From Pseudogymnoascus verrucosus (lineage: Eukaryota): 64,000 nucleotides of DNA. The notes beneath the pieces are model-generated. The model was not told the DNA's origin, made no database searches, and saw nothing but the letters and a program-made list of their open reading frames with translations. The stretch lies in assembly GCA_001662655.1 (NCBI GenBank), contig KV460240.1; one strand, given 5' to 3'. The position numbers were made by a program, and so were the translations under genes. This document shows, in pieces, positions 51,261 through 64,000 of the stretch (position 1 is its first letter; every line of letters starts with the position of its first letter).

Positions 51261-51683
51261 GGTGACTGAAACTGGCATTTTAATTTGGGCGTTGAGGGAA
51301 GCATGGCATTGGAGGCATTTTATGTGGATGGCGTTAAGAGGTGACAAACTGGACAGGGCGAGTCCCAACTATGAGCTGTAGTCAACTATGTCGGCCGTAT
51401 CGGAGTAATAAAATATATATAATCCGCACTATTTGGCCTGTTTTTTAATTCGATGTCACTGACCTGCCACCGGATACAAGCTTCACCAGAGCAAAATAAA
51501 ACCATGACACAAAAGTGTAAAAGAACAACTTTCTTCCACGTAATAATAGATGGAACAAGTAGATTAAAGCTCTCGATTTTCATATACATTGTTGCATCTC
51601 AACCTAGGTCGCAGCTAGTCTATTGATACACCTCTCCCGTTCCCCAAAACATTCTAACTCTATCTTCCGTCTGACCAGGCCAT

Positions 51684-52561
51684 TTACAAAGTATCAGTGA
51701 GCAGCTTGTTCATCTTCGAGATGCGGGATGAAACGCTGAGGTCGATGGTGCGGTCGCCGATCTCAACAACGAGGCCGCCGAGGATATCGGAGTTGACCTT
51801 GTTGGTGACCTTAAGCTTCTTGCCCTGGCCAACGTACTGGGACTTGGCAACGGCAGACTCGAGGCGGGTGAGGGTCTTGTTGTCGAGAGGCTAGTATTCC
51901 AGTCAGTTTAGATCCACCCGTAATTTTATCGAGAAGGGGCAACATACAGTAGCGCTGGTGACGGTAAGCTCAATCTCGCCTCTGGCGGCACCCATCAGCT
52001 CGCCGAACTTGGTGCAGACACCCTCGAGGAGAGCCAGGCGGTTGTTCTCGGCGAGAGTGTTGAGGAAGTTCTTGACGGTGTCGGCCTTGTCCTGGCCGCC
52101 GGTGTGCTTCTGGAGCTCAGCGATGATGGCGGACTTGTCCTCGGAGGTGAGGGTAGGTGCCTGCATGATGCTGGAGAGCTTTGGGTCCTTGACGTAGACC
52201 TCCTGGAGGGCGCTGAGGGCCTTGGCCACGGTATCGAGAGACTGCGATTTCACGGCAGCAGTGTACTATGAGAGGTAAATGTCAGCACATCGTCACATGC
52301 ATTATGGGCCATCAGGCAGCCGGGTGATTGCCATGGCCAGCCATCGGTTCATCGGTATGGTGTTATAGAGATGAATTGACGTACCAGAGCACTGGCATAG
52401 GTGCCATCGAGGCCATAGAGGGCGACAGGAGGCTTGGTGTCGGCGCTGGAGGCTGGAGTTGCGTACGAGCGGATTGCCGGCTGAGCGGCGGCTCTGCGCG
52501 CAATTGTCACGCGTGTTGCTGAGGTGTTCGCAGCCCGAACAAATGCCCTTGAAACGTTCAT
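51684..52561 (-). CDS. ATP5: ATP synthase OSCP subunit
   Basis: PPVALYGLDGTYASAL-YTAA, LAENNRL, ILGGLVVEIGDRTIDLSVSS. Two introns. Confidence 0.96.
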
Positions 52562-53021
52562 CTTGATGAGTGCAATTGAGTGCCTGCGTGGGGTGGAAGT
52601 AGTCGTCGGAAAGAGATTCGATGGCTGTCGTCCGGCTACACCTAGGTTTTCGAGGTCTTGGCGTCCGGTCCCAAGCCGCATTGACGCGCTAGGTCTAATT
52701 GGGAACAGGGGCTTGGCGAGGGTCCAGACATCACAATTAATATGAATTTAGTATCAGAAAACACTGAAGAGCACGCGGATGCTACGTGAATTGTGTTGTT
52801 CAACCGCTAATTGATGCAGAAACTACAGGAGAGAACTGAAGTTGTCCGCATGGATCACAACGGTCTCCCATTGCGCTATAAATTCTCCTGGTCAAATGAG
52901 AGAGCATGTTATCCACCGCGGATCATGAACAGCTCATTCTGCTAATACGCCAGCCACCCCTCCTGTAAACGCCATAATTCCCTGTCTACCCTTCCTCATA
53001 ACTCCATTCTGCCCTGCTGTC

Positions 53022-54021
53022 CTAATCACTCCTGAGCATACTCTCGACCAGGTCACCGAGTGGACCCCAGAAATCCTTGCCGCTAGCTAGGTTGTGCTCA
53101 TCAATAAAAAGCACGTAGTGCTTGAAGCTTGTGTTCAAATGAGCTTCTAAGCCCAACTCTCTCACGACAGGGTAGTGGTGGCAATATATGTGTGCATACA
53201 CTCGGTACATCCTCTTGAAAACCTGTCGAATCATCGATGGGAACGACTTTGGGAACGGGACACCTGGAACTATTAGCAGCTGCATTTCTAAATATGCCAA
53301 AATAGATACACTCACCAATACGGCTTGGGAATACTGCTTCGTTGTCGATGTTACTCTGAACCCACACCATCAGATGTTCGATGTAGGTCGGGGCTGGCAT
53401 CTTGGTTGGCCGTTTATAGTTCTCAGAGTCTTGCCAGAGGTATTCGAATCTGTCTCTCGTCAGCATTATTATAAGCCTGTCTTTATCGGCATATTCACTC
53501 GTCTGTGGCTTTCATCTCTGGGCAAGACTGTGGAGAGCAGAACTCTGTTATCGACCCATAGAGTAGATTGATGTGGTTATAGAAATCGACCACTACGTGA
53601 GGAATTAGTCTCATATTATTTGCAATATCAAGGGGCGCATGACAACATACTGTTAACTGCAAGCCATTCGTTCTCATCCTCCCCCTCTGGAAGCTTTACG
53701 ATCTTCCGAAGGCTGCCACCTCCCAGGGTTGCTTCGGCATACTGACGTAGTTGGTAACTACTCGTTCCCTTCGTTGCGTTCCTTGGTCTGAACTGGTTTC
53801 GGGTTCTTTGGTTACTACAAGTCTCTTTATGTCAGCTAGGAGAAATATATACAGCAGCTTCAGGGCCTGAGAAAAATAGCTCCAGCCAGTATTTCGCACC
53901 ACTCTCTCAGACAAGTGCTTGGTTGAAAATATAAAATAGACTTCGAGTAGCAAATATAGATATAGAAGAGCACATTTAAATGCTAGGGTAGTACTGACAC
54001 GGTGGTAATGAAGGAAGTCAT
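53022..54021 (-). CDS. MOB1: Mob1 NDR-kinase activator
   Basis: [60 protein letters not shown]. Multi-exon. Confidence 0.95.
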
Positions 54022-54541
54022 CTTGGTTGCCCGCTTGGTGGGGTGAGCCCCGAATCTAACACCCCAGCCGTTAGCACAACAATTCGATAATTAAACAAGC
54101 TCACTCAAGAGCAAAGGAAGATAAAGACGTAAAAGTTGGGTAAACAATTAAGAGGGGAGTTAAATACCTTGAGCAAATAGAAACCTCGAGTCCTTCGTTC
54201 TTGGATATGTGAGCGGACGTGGGTGAGTTGCAGGTCTGTTTACTTGTGAACCCTGCCGGACAGAGCAACAATCATACTACGTACGATAGACAAGGGTCGT
54301 CCCTTGTGCCTAATATATTAGGCACAAACCACTCGAGCTTGTCCGCTCGTACCTCATGAGGGTTCCCTTTGGCCTCTTTAACAATGGTTGCGTCCCTTCC
54401 TGCGTCCCATTATTCATAATTTCTTGAATAATATAACTATGTTAATTTATCAATTAAATCCAGCGCGCCTCCAATTGCATCCATGAGCGCCGTCACAAAG
54501 CTCCTTCGAGTGGAAGGAGCGATCTTAAACAGACCCCTAAG

Positions 54542-57115
54542 ATGCCTCCGCCGACTTCAAACATTCGAGTCTGCGTAGAGTGGTCACAATCGACAGTATT
54601 TGCAGGCGAGGAAGTCGGATGCAAGATAACATTTAAGAATATTGCCGCCATACCAGGGATCCAACGCATACCGGCGAACCCCTCTGGAACCCATGGACCG
54701 TCTCCGTTGGGAGAACGGCACCGAAAGACAAAGACAACCACCTCCTCACAAATATCAGATGGGCGGGGAAGAGCCAGCAATGTCTCGAATTCACTCTCCT
54801 TACCCAACAAACGTGGGCATCGTTCCGCATTATCTCTGAATGTTCCAGCGCTAGGAAATTTCCAACAGCCCGAAACACGTCCAGGAAACGACAATAGCTC
54901 CGACGCCGCCCCCCGAAGTAAAGGCCATAGCCACCGACGATCCGTTTCAATCATATCCTTAGGAGCGAATGATACCGCCCGCAGTGATATCTCAGGCTCA
55001 AATTCAAATGAACCGCCCCGGGTTCCATACAGGCGGCATGGGAGGGCAGCCAGTTTGCAGATTGTGCCTCGTCGGCCGTATCCAAATGGCAATGGTCCTA
55101 AATCAGCATCAGCATCAGCTCCGCCCAATAGGTCGGCAACTCAGCCGTCACCGCTGTTCCAGAACCATTCATTATCGGACATATCGACTTTGCGAGGCGA
55201 ACTTGGACCGCATAGAAAGTCTACCAACAGCCTGGACACGCTAACATCTTCGAGCGCACCTGCTGCACAAGGATTTAGGCCTGCCAGAAGACAAGCATCT
55301 GCATCACCTTCCCAACAAGGCTTTAAGTTTCCTAATACTACCTTTCGATTCCCGGCCACCAGTGGTCCAGGAGCTGATGAACAGTCGCCGCTGGAACCTA
55401 CAGAGAATGATCAGAATGGGTATATCCATAGCCCAAAAGCGTCCAATAGTCTCCTTTACCCTCCATCCAAAGATGATATGCCTCCTGGACGGGACCCAAC
55501 CACTCTCTCGGCTCGAATTCTCTCGCCTATGAACAACAACGGCGAGACACCCAGGAGCAGTGGCGAGTTTTACTCTCTGAGTAACAATTCAACCGAAACA
55601 TTAGCGTCCGAATATATTGCTCCACGCGCAGGGCTCCTTGGGTCACGTTCAGACCATGCTCGCCAGGTTTCAGCAGTCTCTGACGTAAGCCAGTACCGGC
55701 CTACAGTTGAGAGTCTCATGATGGGTTATGCACAAATTCAAGGGTCTTTTACTCTTGATGGCTCCTTGATCGACCAGGAACCATTTGAGGAAGTCAAGAG
55801 GAAAGGGGTCGTTGGTGGCCAAGGAGGTGGCGTGATTGGCATCGAAAAAAACAAGAGAGAAAGCGGTTTGCTCCGCGGATTTGGCTGGGGCAATATCACC
55901 GAATCTCTAGGTGGTCTCCTGGGTGGAAGCGACCTCAGTAGTATCAGAGATATGCGAGGAATTGCTAACTCACGACCGGTCCCTCTTTTGTCGACTCCTC
56001 AGTCCATTCTTTTTGTTGACTTGAGATTGGCGCCCGGGGAATCAAAGTCTTTTCAGTACAAATTTAAATTGCCCAGAGGGCTACCGCCCACGCATCGAGG
56101 AAGGGCCATCAAAATATCTTACCAGCTAGTCCTCGGAACCCAGAGGCCCGGAGGTTCAAAAGAACAGCAAATAAAGTCGGTGGAAGTGCCATTCAGGGTA
56201 CTTGGGAGTGTGAATGATCGTGGCGAACTCCTTGGTCACGATCTCATGTCACCATATATAATCTTAAAAGACCAAGCATCTATTCGGTCTATTTCAGATC
56301 GGGCAACTGGCGCTGTGGAACAATCATCCAAAACAACGGTGGCAAATAAGAAAGCCCAATCATCACACGATGAGTTTCTCTCTTATGTAGATGACCTATT
56401 AACAACGCCTCGCCAGCAACCAGACCTTTTGCTCCTCTCTCCAACAGCAAATTTGCAACGACGTCGACTCTCAAGTATACCAGGACCTGCGTCCGCAAAA
56501 GAAGCTATAGACATGGCGATACTACGAAGTAATCTTGCAACGGACATGCAGCAGAGTGCAAATCGTTTCGAGATCGCTCGGGGCGGTCAAAGGATTGCCG
56601 TTGTCATGCTTGCTCGACCAGCATATCGCCTTGGAGAGACCGTCACCGCTATTATTGAGTTCGCCGATGCAGAAATCGCATGCTACGCCGTGCATGCGTC
56701 GCTAGAATCATCTGAAAAGGTAGATCAGTCGATAGCGTTGCGGTCAGACGCGAGCATAAACCGTGTCACCCGCAAAACGCACGCGTCGCACTCAGAATCA
56801 GCATTATTTGCGAGAAGAATCGTGTTCTCGCCATCGATACCCGTAGCTTCAACACCAAGCTTCATCACCAGTGGCGTGTCCCTGGATTGGAAGATTCTAA
56901 TTGAGTTTGTAACTCCACGTGTCGATCGCACGAAGGAGGGGAACCCTACTTACGACTCGGAATTGCTGGAAGAGGTTTCGCGGGATGATCGTGGTGCTGT
57001 CTTAGCAGCAGCAGAAACGTTAAACTGTGAGAGTTTCGAGATTGCGGTGCCTCTCCGTGTTTATGGCGCCGTAAGTTCGAATGACAAGGAGGCCGTGGAA
57101 GAACATAAGGTATGA
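54542..57115 (+). CDS. RGP1: Rgp1 (subunit of the Ric1-Rgp1 Ypt6/Rab6 GEF)
   Basis: VFAGEEVGCKITFKN, LMMGYAQIQGSF, STPQSILFVDLRL, LPPTHRG, TPSFITSGVSLDW. Confidence 0.9.
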   Translation: MPPPTSNIRVCVEWSQSTVFAGEEVGCKITFKNIAAIPGIQRIPANPSGTHGPSPLGERHRKTKTTTSSQISDGRGRASNVSNSLSLPNKRGHRSALSLNVPALGNFQQPETRPGNDNSSDAAPRSKGHSHRRSVSIISLGANDTARSDISGSNSNEPPRVPYRRHGRAASLQIVPRRPYPNGNGPKSASASAPPNRSATQPSPLFQNHSLSDISTLRGELGPHRKSTNSLDTLTSSSAPAAQGFRPARRQASASPSQQGFKFPNTTFRFPATSGPGADEQSPLEPTENDQNGYIHSPKASNSLLYPPSKDDMPPGRDPTTLSARILSPMNNNGETPRSSGEFYSLSNNSTETLASEYIAPRAGLLGSRSDHARQVSAVSDVSQYRPTVESLMMGYAQIQGSFTLDGSLIDQEPFEEVKRKGVVGGQGGGVIGIEKNKRESGLLRGFGWGNITESLGGLLGGSDLSSIRDMRGIANSRPVPLLSTPQSILFVDLRLAPGESKSFQYKFKLPRGLPPTHRGRAIKISYQLVLGTQRPGGSKEQQIKSVEVPFRVLGSVNDRGELLGHDLMSPYIILKDQASIRSISDRATGAVEQSSKTTVANKKAQSSHDEFLSYVDDLLTTPRQQPDLLLLSPTANLQRRRLSSIPGPASAKEAIDMAILRSNLATDMQQSANRFEIARGGQRIAVVMLARPAYRLGETVTAIIEFADAEIACYAVHASLESSEKVDQSIALRSDASINRVTRKTHASHSESALFARRIVFSPSIPVASTPSFITSGVSLDWKILIEFVTPRVDRTKEGNPTYDSELLEEVSRDDRGAVLAAAETLNCESFEIAVPLRVYGAVSSNDKEAVEEHKV

Positions 57116-57707
57116 GGATAACAGATGGAGATGTAGCGTATGAATATTATCAACCGATCTCTAGAATAGAGTAATTAATGCCCTCGAGGCGGATTTGATA
57201 GAAGTTATTACTACGATACTGTATGTCTACCCGTGATATTTTGTTGCCAAGGGAACCAACGGGTTGTTGAGTGGGCAGCCTGTGGATTAGATATCGGCAA
57301 ATCGTCATCTGACACCCTCAGGTTTAGCTGTTCCGTAATATAGTAAATAGCTGTTAATTAAACCAACGGTGATATTAATATCATATAAATACCGTACCCA
57401 GAAGACTGGTTGTTAGAATCGTCGTGCAGACCCCAAAGAGCTTATAGTTCTTCCACCCCGGAATTGCAGGCATTATATGTAATCACCTCCACCCTCTAAA
57501 ACACTTCGCTTGGTGAACAAACTGCCAGCCTTGCCCCACCATCAAGGACCTTCCCAACTTCACCAGGATTAATGACCACAGCCGCATCTCTCTTTCACTA
57601 TAGGATCCTTCCAGCGCAAGCTGCACCGAAATCTTTACTTTTAGAGCTGGCAACATCTTAAGCTCATCTGCGAATACCACCACGACAGTCGTCGAATCGT
57701 TGACGCC

Positions 57708-60700
57708 ATGGCGCTATCCATCGCCGAGCTGGACGCGACCGTCCGAACCTTCTATGAAGGCCGAGGAGAGCAGGTTAGTTAGCAGGCATCTCCTGGCACT
57801 CATAATCGTCATGAAATAATTACTAATTCACTGATGAATAGCAAAAAGCTGCTCAGGCTACGATGAACCAGGTAAACCGACCCCCGCCTCATGGAGCTTC
57901 GGCCAACAGCTAATATCCCGTCATAGTTCAAAGAAGATCAAGATGCTTGGCTGCTTGTTGATAAGATACTTCAAGAGGCCTCATACCCACAGACAAAGTG
58001 TACGTCCCGGGCCCCTTGTGATGGAGCTATAGCAGGGCGCGGCTAACGGATACAGACCTTGGCTTACAGGTGCTCGACAATGTGATTATGACGCGTTGGA
58101 AGGTCCTGCCAAAGGAGCAGTGTCAAGGTTTGCCTTCTCTACTGGTCTTTCATTCAGCTTGATGCTGACTGTGCCCAGGTATCCGCAACTTTGTGGTTAA
58201 CTACATCATCCAATGCTCCTCGTCGGAGGAGTCTTTGAAGACACAGCGGACCCTTCTCAACAAGCTCAACCTCGTCCTCGTTTCTATCCTCAAGCAAGAA
58301 TGGCCTCACAACTGGCCTACGTTTATCAACGAGATCGTTTCGTCCTGCCGCACGAGCCTGTCGATCTGCGAGAACAACATGTCTATACTGCGCTTGCTTT
58401 CAGAAGAAGTGTTCGACTATTCGGCCGATGCCATGACATCTACGAAGACCAAGAACCTAAAAAGCACCATGTGCCTCGAGTTCTCATCGATTTTCTCGCT
58501 GTGCAACGAGGTTTTGACTACCGCCAACCAACCTAGTCTCATTAAGGCAACCCTCGAGACGCTCCTTCGATTCTTCAACTGGATCCCCTTGGGCTATATT
58601 TTCGAGACGCCGATTATCGACACCCTCCGTACTCGATTCCTGAAGACACCTGAGTTCCGAAATATTACACTGAAGGGCCTCACGGAAATCGGTGGTTTGA
58701 AGACCGAGGGCCATGGCCTGTACGACGAGAAACAGGTGCAGATGTTCACTGAGGTCTTAACTACCATTTCGGAAATTATTCCCCTATCGCTGGATTTGAA
58801 GTCTACGTACAGCTCCAGTAATTCGAAAGATCAAGAGTTTATCCAGAACTTAGCGCTGTTCCTGTGCAACTTCTTCTCTGTACACCTCAATCTCATCGAA
58901 AACTTACCGAACCGGGACTTCCTCACACATGCCCACTTCTATCTTATTCGCATTTCCCAGATTGACGACCGCGAGATATTCAAGATCTGCTTGGAGTACT
59001 GGACCAAGCTTGTTCAGGAATTATATGAGGAGATGCAGTCGCTACCGATTACAGATGTGAACCCCTTAGTCAACATGGGCGTCGGCGGTCTATCTAATGG
59101 CGGAGCATTGAACCCGAATGTACTGGCTAACTACCCATTACGAAAGCACAAGTACAACGAGGTGCTCTCGAACTTGAGGACAGTCATGATCGAGAAGATG
59201 GTTCGGCCAGAAGAGGTTTTAATCGTGGAGAATGAGGAGGGAGAGATTGTTCGTGAATTCGTCAAGGAGAGCGACACCATTCAATTATACAAGACAACGC
59301 GCGAGTGCCTGGTTTACCTCACGCACTTGGACGTCGTTGATACCGAAAATATTATGACCGAGAAGCTGTCTCGCCAGGTTGATGGCAGCGAATGGTCCTG
59401 GGCCAACTGCAATACGCTATGCTGGGCCATCGGATCGATTTCTATGGCCATGAATGAAGAGACCGAGAAACGTTTCTTGGTTACTGTCATTAAGGATCTC
59501 CTTGGCTTAACGGAAATGAAGAGAGGAAAGGACAACAAGGCCGTCGTCGCCAGTAATATCATGTATATTGTTGGACAGTATCCGCGGTTCTTGAAGGCTC
59601 ACTGGAAATTCTTAAAGACTGTTGTGAACAAGCTTTTTGAGTTCATGCACGAATCGCACGAGGGGGTTCAGGATATGGCATGCGATACATTTATCAAGAT
59701 TGCTCGGCAATGCAAGCGCCACTTTGTTGCCCTTCAGCCAGGCGAGCAGGAGCCGTTTATTGAGGAGATCGTGAGGACAATGCGGAAAATCACTTGCGAC
59801 CTATCTCCCCAGCAAGTCCATACATTCTACGAGGCATGTGGTTACATGATCGCAGCCCAGCCACAAAAGAATGCCCAGGAAAGGCTGATCGCTGAGCTTA
59901 TGTCTTATCCTAATGCCGCTTGGGACACCATTATTGGTCAAGCTACGGCAAACCCAGCCATATTGCAGGACGGAGATACTATTAAGGTCATCGGCAACGT
60001 CATGAAGACCAACGTATCCGCCTGCACATCTATCGGAAGTTATTTCTACCCTCAGATTGGGAAGATCTACCTCGATATGCTTTCTATGTACAGGGCAACC
60101 AGTCAGATGATTTCTGAGGCAGTGGCTAGGGATGGTGAGATTGCCACCAGAACGCCCAAGGTCCGTGGCCTTCGTACGATCAAGAAGGAGATCTTGAAGC
60201 TTATCGAGACCTATGTCGAGAGAGCGGATGACCTCGAAATGGTACGCACCAACATTGTGCCCGCCCTATTAGACGCCGTCTTGGTTGATTACAACCGCAA
60301 CGTAGCAAACGCAAGGGACGCCGAAGTCCTGAAGGTCATGTCCATCATCATCCAGAAGCTCTCCGGCCTTATGGAGGACCAAGTACCGGTGATTATGGAG
60401 AACGTCTTCGAGTGCACGCTGAACATGATCAACAAGGATTTCTCCGAGTTCCCAGAGCACCGTGTGGAGTTCTTCTCGCTGCTCCGCGCCATCAACATGC
60501 ACTGCTTCCCCGCGCTCCTCAAGTTGGATAACCGCCAATTCAAATTCGTCATTGATTCGTGCATGTGGGCCAGCAAGCACGACAACCGCGAGGTCGAATA
60601 TGCAGGCCTCAACATGTGCCTGGAGCTTATCACCAACATGGCCGACACTGACGCGCAGACTTCGAGCGCTTTCTTCCAGCAATTCTTCCTTCCTATTCTC

Positions 60701-61223
60701 CAGGACGTCTTCTTTGTGCTCTGCGATAACGACCATAAGGCTGGGTTCAAGTCGCAATCAACACTTCTATCTCGCATGTTCTACTTCGTCCACCCAGGTG
60801 ACGGCACCCAACCTAAGATTCAGGGTCCCATCTACCCCGCCGACCAAGCCCCATCAGGCACCAGCAACAAGGACTTCCTCGGTGGATTCGTAGCAAACCT
60901 TCTGCAGACCGCATTCACCAACCTCGCTCCGTAAGTCCCCCACCCCCCTACTTTCAGCACACCTACTAACCCACCTTCACAGTCTCCAAATCAAATCCTT
61001 CGTTGAGGGCCTCTTCACCCTTAACCACCTGACCGATAAGTTCAAGCTCAGCCTCCGCGACTTCCTGATCCAGCTCAAGGAGTTCTCAGGCGACAACACC
61101 GAGCTCTACGCCGAAGAGAAGGAGCAGCAGGAGAGCGCTGCACGCGCCGCCGAGCGCGAGCGTTTGTCGAAGGTCGGTGGGCTCTTGAAGCCGTCCGAGC
61201 TCGATGAAGATGATGAGCTATAG
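57708..61223 (+). CDS. CRM1: Exportin-1
   Basis: KQEWPHNWPTFI, EKRFLVTVIKDLLGLTEMKRGKDNK, C-terminal VGGLLKPSEL. Four short 5' introns plus intron 60931-60982. Confidence 0.97.
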
Positions 61224-62111
61224 ATCGAACAGGATGTAGGGGGCGTAGGGTAGTGACGTTCGATTGACCCCTCCCCCTAGGTCTCTCGATAGTCTGAAGG
61301 GTACTGCTCTATGATAATGAGGGCGTTCATAAGTTCCGCTTTTGATTTTTTAGTCTGAAAAAAGGGGGTTGCTTTCTGCCGGAGCCCCGATGATGATTTT
61401 TTTTCCTTTCTAGAGTAGGTGTGTCTCGCTCGGCCGAATTTGTGGGCAGCGAAGAAGGAAGGATAGTGGGTAGTTAGGAGAGAGGAGGGGGCTCACGATG
61501 GTGCGGACGGATCTTATTTCTTTTTCGATGGTGTATGTATGTGCCTGGAAAAGATAGTTTACTCGCACGGTGGTTGGTAGTTAAGGTAGTAAATGATGAT
61601 ACCGTTGGTTGACGTTTTATCGTCGATGCAATTTATTATGATAGTGGTTTTTTATGTATGGGTGCGGTGACAGGTGGTGTAGTAAGTGATGCTGTATATT
61701 AATGAACTATTCGTGAACTCGGTTTATTAGGCGGGTTTTTATTTGCTTGGGTAATTACCGTCATGGGGATAAATAAGAGTGTTAGTTGGTGGTGTATTTA
61801 CTCGTCAGCTCAAATTTATGTGCTGGATTTATATTCATTTTTATTTTCAGTTCCACTTCACCACGGAAATTACCACGGAAAATAATCACTTTGTCCAGTG
61901 GAAGAGAAACCTACCAATCTACGTAATCCAAGAGTCATAATCCGTGCAATTATAAATATAGCTAGATCTTATACTTTATACGTCAACCTGAGGGGTTGGA
62001 TCATGGGTTCCACAGACTATTGTATGGGGGAGGGATTTTAGTGGGCGGAGGGCGGTATCTTCGCCACGGGTATATCTAGCGACATAACCCATTCCTTTCA
62101 TCAAAAACGGA

Positions 62112-62200
62112 TCCGAACTGGTGTATCGGTAACATATCCGCCTCTCATGATCATTGATCAGAACCCGCGGTTGCGCGGGGTTCGACTCCCCGGTTCGGAA
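62112..62200 (+). tRNA. tRNA-Glu (CTC) with an ~18-nt intron
   Basis: Acceptor stem TCCGAAC/GTTCGGA, anticodon CTC at 62144-46, intron ~62148-62165, T-loop GGTTCGACTCC, oligo-T terminator at ~62241. Confidence 0.9.
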
Positions 62201-64000
62201 ATCTTCAGAACCATCTACTCTCAAGTAGATAAGCGTCATATTTTTTTGCCTTTTTTTTAAAATATTTTTCTATAATACTTCTTTCTAAATTAACATTTTT
62301 CTTTTAAGACTGACTCTTCATTTGAATTCACTATGCACTTAGAGCACGAGGGACACAAGAGCTCTTTTTTTGGGTGGGGGGCGGGTTGTGTGACCCCGCC
62401 AATGCTGGTGGTCCCCGAGAAAAAAAATATAAATTCCGATGCCGAGCAAGGCTGATATCACGTGCACAAGGCGCTTACTCAAACAGCCTTCAGCCTTCAT
62501 GTGTTGTTGACGGGAGCGGGAGGTACAGGTACTCAGCCTGCCACCCAGCGACCAGTATTATCATCAGCCTTCCCAGCCTTCCTAGCCTTCCCCCAAATAT
62601 CCTAAATATAGTACTACAGTCCTGCACCAAGGACAGAAGATTACTCTCCAACTCTCTCCAACTGCATGGTAATCACTATAATCGTGGTAATCATTACCAA
62701 TCCCGCTCACTCTCACTGGCGCGTCTACTGCTCCTGCAGTTATTTAGGTGAAATAGTCAAATAAAGTAAGAAATAGTAAGAAATAGTAAGATTATTGCCA
62801 GCGAATCCTTGATCCTTCCATTCCTTCCGTCGAAGCTATTTTACCAGACAGAGTATAGGTATAGTAGTATAACAGAGTGTTACCACTACTACGTAGTCCA
62901 CTGCGGCTAGCCTCACATCAGCTTACGACTGCTTTCGGCGCAGACCTCAATTGTTCCGGTGGCTCCGCTCACGTTGCATCAACAGTGGCTTGGCTTTATT
63001 TGTGTGTGTGCCGCCGTCCTCCGTACTCCATTTATGCGATAAAATACTGCATAGACTTGTTTACTACAACACCAACACCAATATACATACAATTTTACTA
63101 AATTCCTCCTCTAAAAATCATTTTATCGTGCAAACTCTACCCAACTTCACCGTTTATTCCTTAACAACCTCCCCCCACTAACTGCCGCAAATACTACTCT
63201 ACTAACATCCACTGTAACGGCGGGCCAAGACGCCGTTGTGGATGTTGTGGGTGTGTCTGCTGGGCGTCTGGTGGGTATCATAGTAGCATGTACTCCCTGT
63301 ACTCCCCAGGGAAGGCTGTGTCGGCTGGGCGGCTTGTTGATAACCAACCAAACCTCAAACCTGAGACTTGGGTCTCCCCAAAACCAAAGTCAACCCTCTT
63401 ACCACTCACTATTATGCTGTGCTGTTCCCTCGTTCCTCTCTCTAGCACATCCTTACTCTGTTAATATATTCTCCCATCGTTTTTATACAGCATTTATTAT
63501 TCCTTTGTCGCTCGTTAAATCAAAGGCCTTCGAAAGCCTGAAACATAACAAGACCCCTAGAGCGCCAGACCAACCACACCTTGCTGGAGATAAAAAACGA
63601 TACAACAAACGCTCGCTGCATGACCGGTATATAAGTGCTATTTAATCGCCCTGGGGTTGGGCTATTCGTCCGTTGCTCGCCGAAGTAGGACGTGAGGTCT
63701 CAGGTGTATATAGCGTCATATTCTTTGCGTTATGAGGTTCTTAAGATGCGTTGCGGCGGCCCTCATCAGCGCCAGCTTCTCCCATATCGCCCAAGGTATG
63801 TTTCCCCAGCCGTCATATTCGCCGGGCAGCTCCTGACAGAAATGATCCAGCACATTCGGTCAAACGAGCTCCTCTCTCATATCTTTCGATTGTCGATGAA
63901 CCGGTAATACACACGCCGTCGCATCGTGTACATGCGCAATCATCTTTCGATCTTACATTCCATCTGCATGACCGGCAGCAGTATATCAAGCTGACGCTGG

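Noticed and set aside
62300..64000. Short ORFs and small repeats (GTAAGAAATA x~2.5, CAGCCTTC) at the window end
   Set aside because: I could not establish a coherent gene model or transposon ends; it may be a degraded repeat or the flank of a gene outside the window.

Overview
Eukaryotic window from a filamentous ascomycete (Pezizomycotina). GT..AG introns with CTRAY branch sites and a RIP-like AT-rich repeat block support this; a Leotiomycete is plausible, but the species cannot be established from this sequence. Bases 1-~4270 are a nest of RIP-degraded Fot1/pogo-type DNA transposons: a composite element, an internal long-TIR MITE and an inverted truncated copy. The rest is a gene-dense housekeeping block of about 27 intron-containing protein genes plus an intron-containing tRNA-Glu(CTC). 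The genes are RasGEF, zf-HIT, NFU1, PSP1-like, RPL15, RPS10, SDE2, COX12, an MLRQ/NDUFA4-like gene, an RRM protein, SEC31, a HECT E3, MRP49, GEP3, MRPL16, RFC1, MGE1, MSF1, DIC1, RPB3, calcipressin, ATP5, MOB1, RGP1, CRM1 and two orphans. The most notable structure is invisible in the ORF track. It includes three 3-5 nt microexons, all in mitochondrial genes (COX12, MRP49, DIC1), and a hidden 4-exon NDUFA4/COXFA4-like gene head-to-head with COX12. It also includes a start codon split by an intron (RPS10), a strong concentration of mitochondrial genes with a shared 3'UTR PUF-like motif, and an orphan gene preceded by a 28-bp minisatellite. I found no clear new multi-gene system. Gene identities come from recognising motifs by eye and exon boundaries were read by hand; no searches were run.
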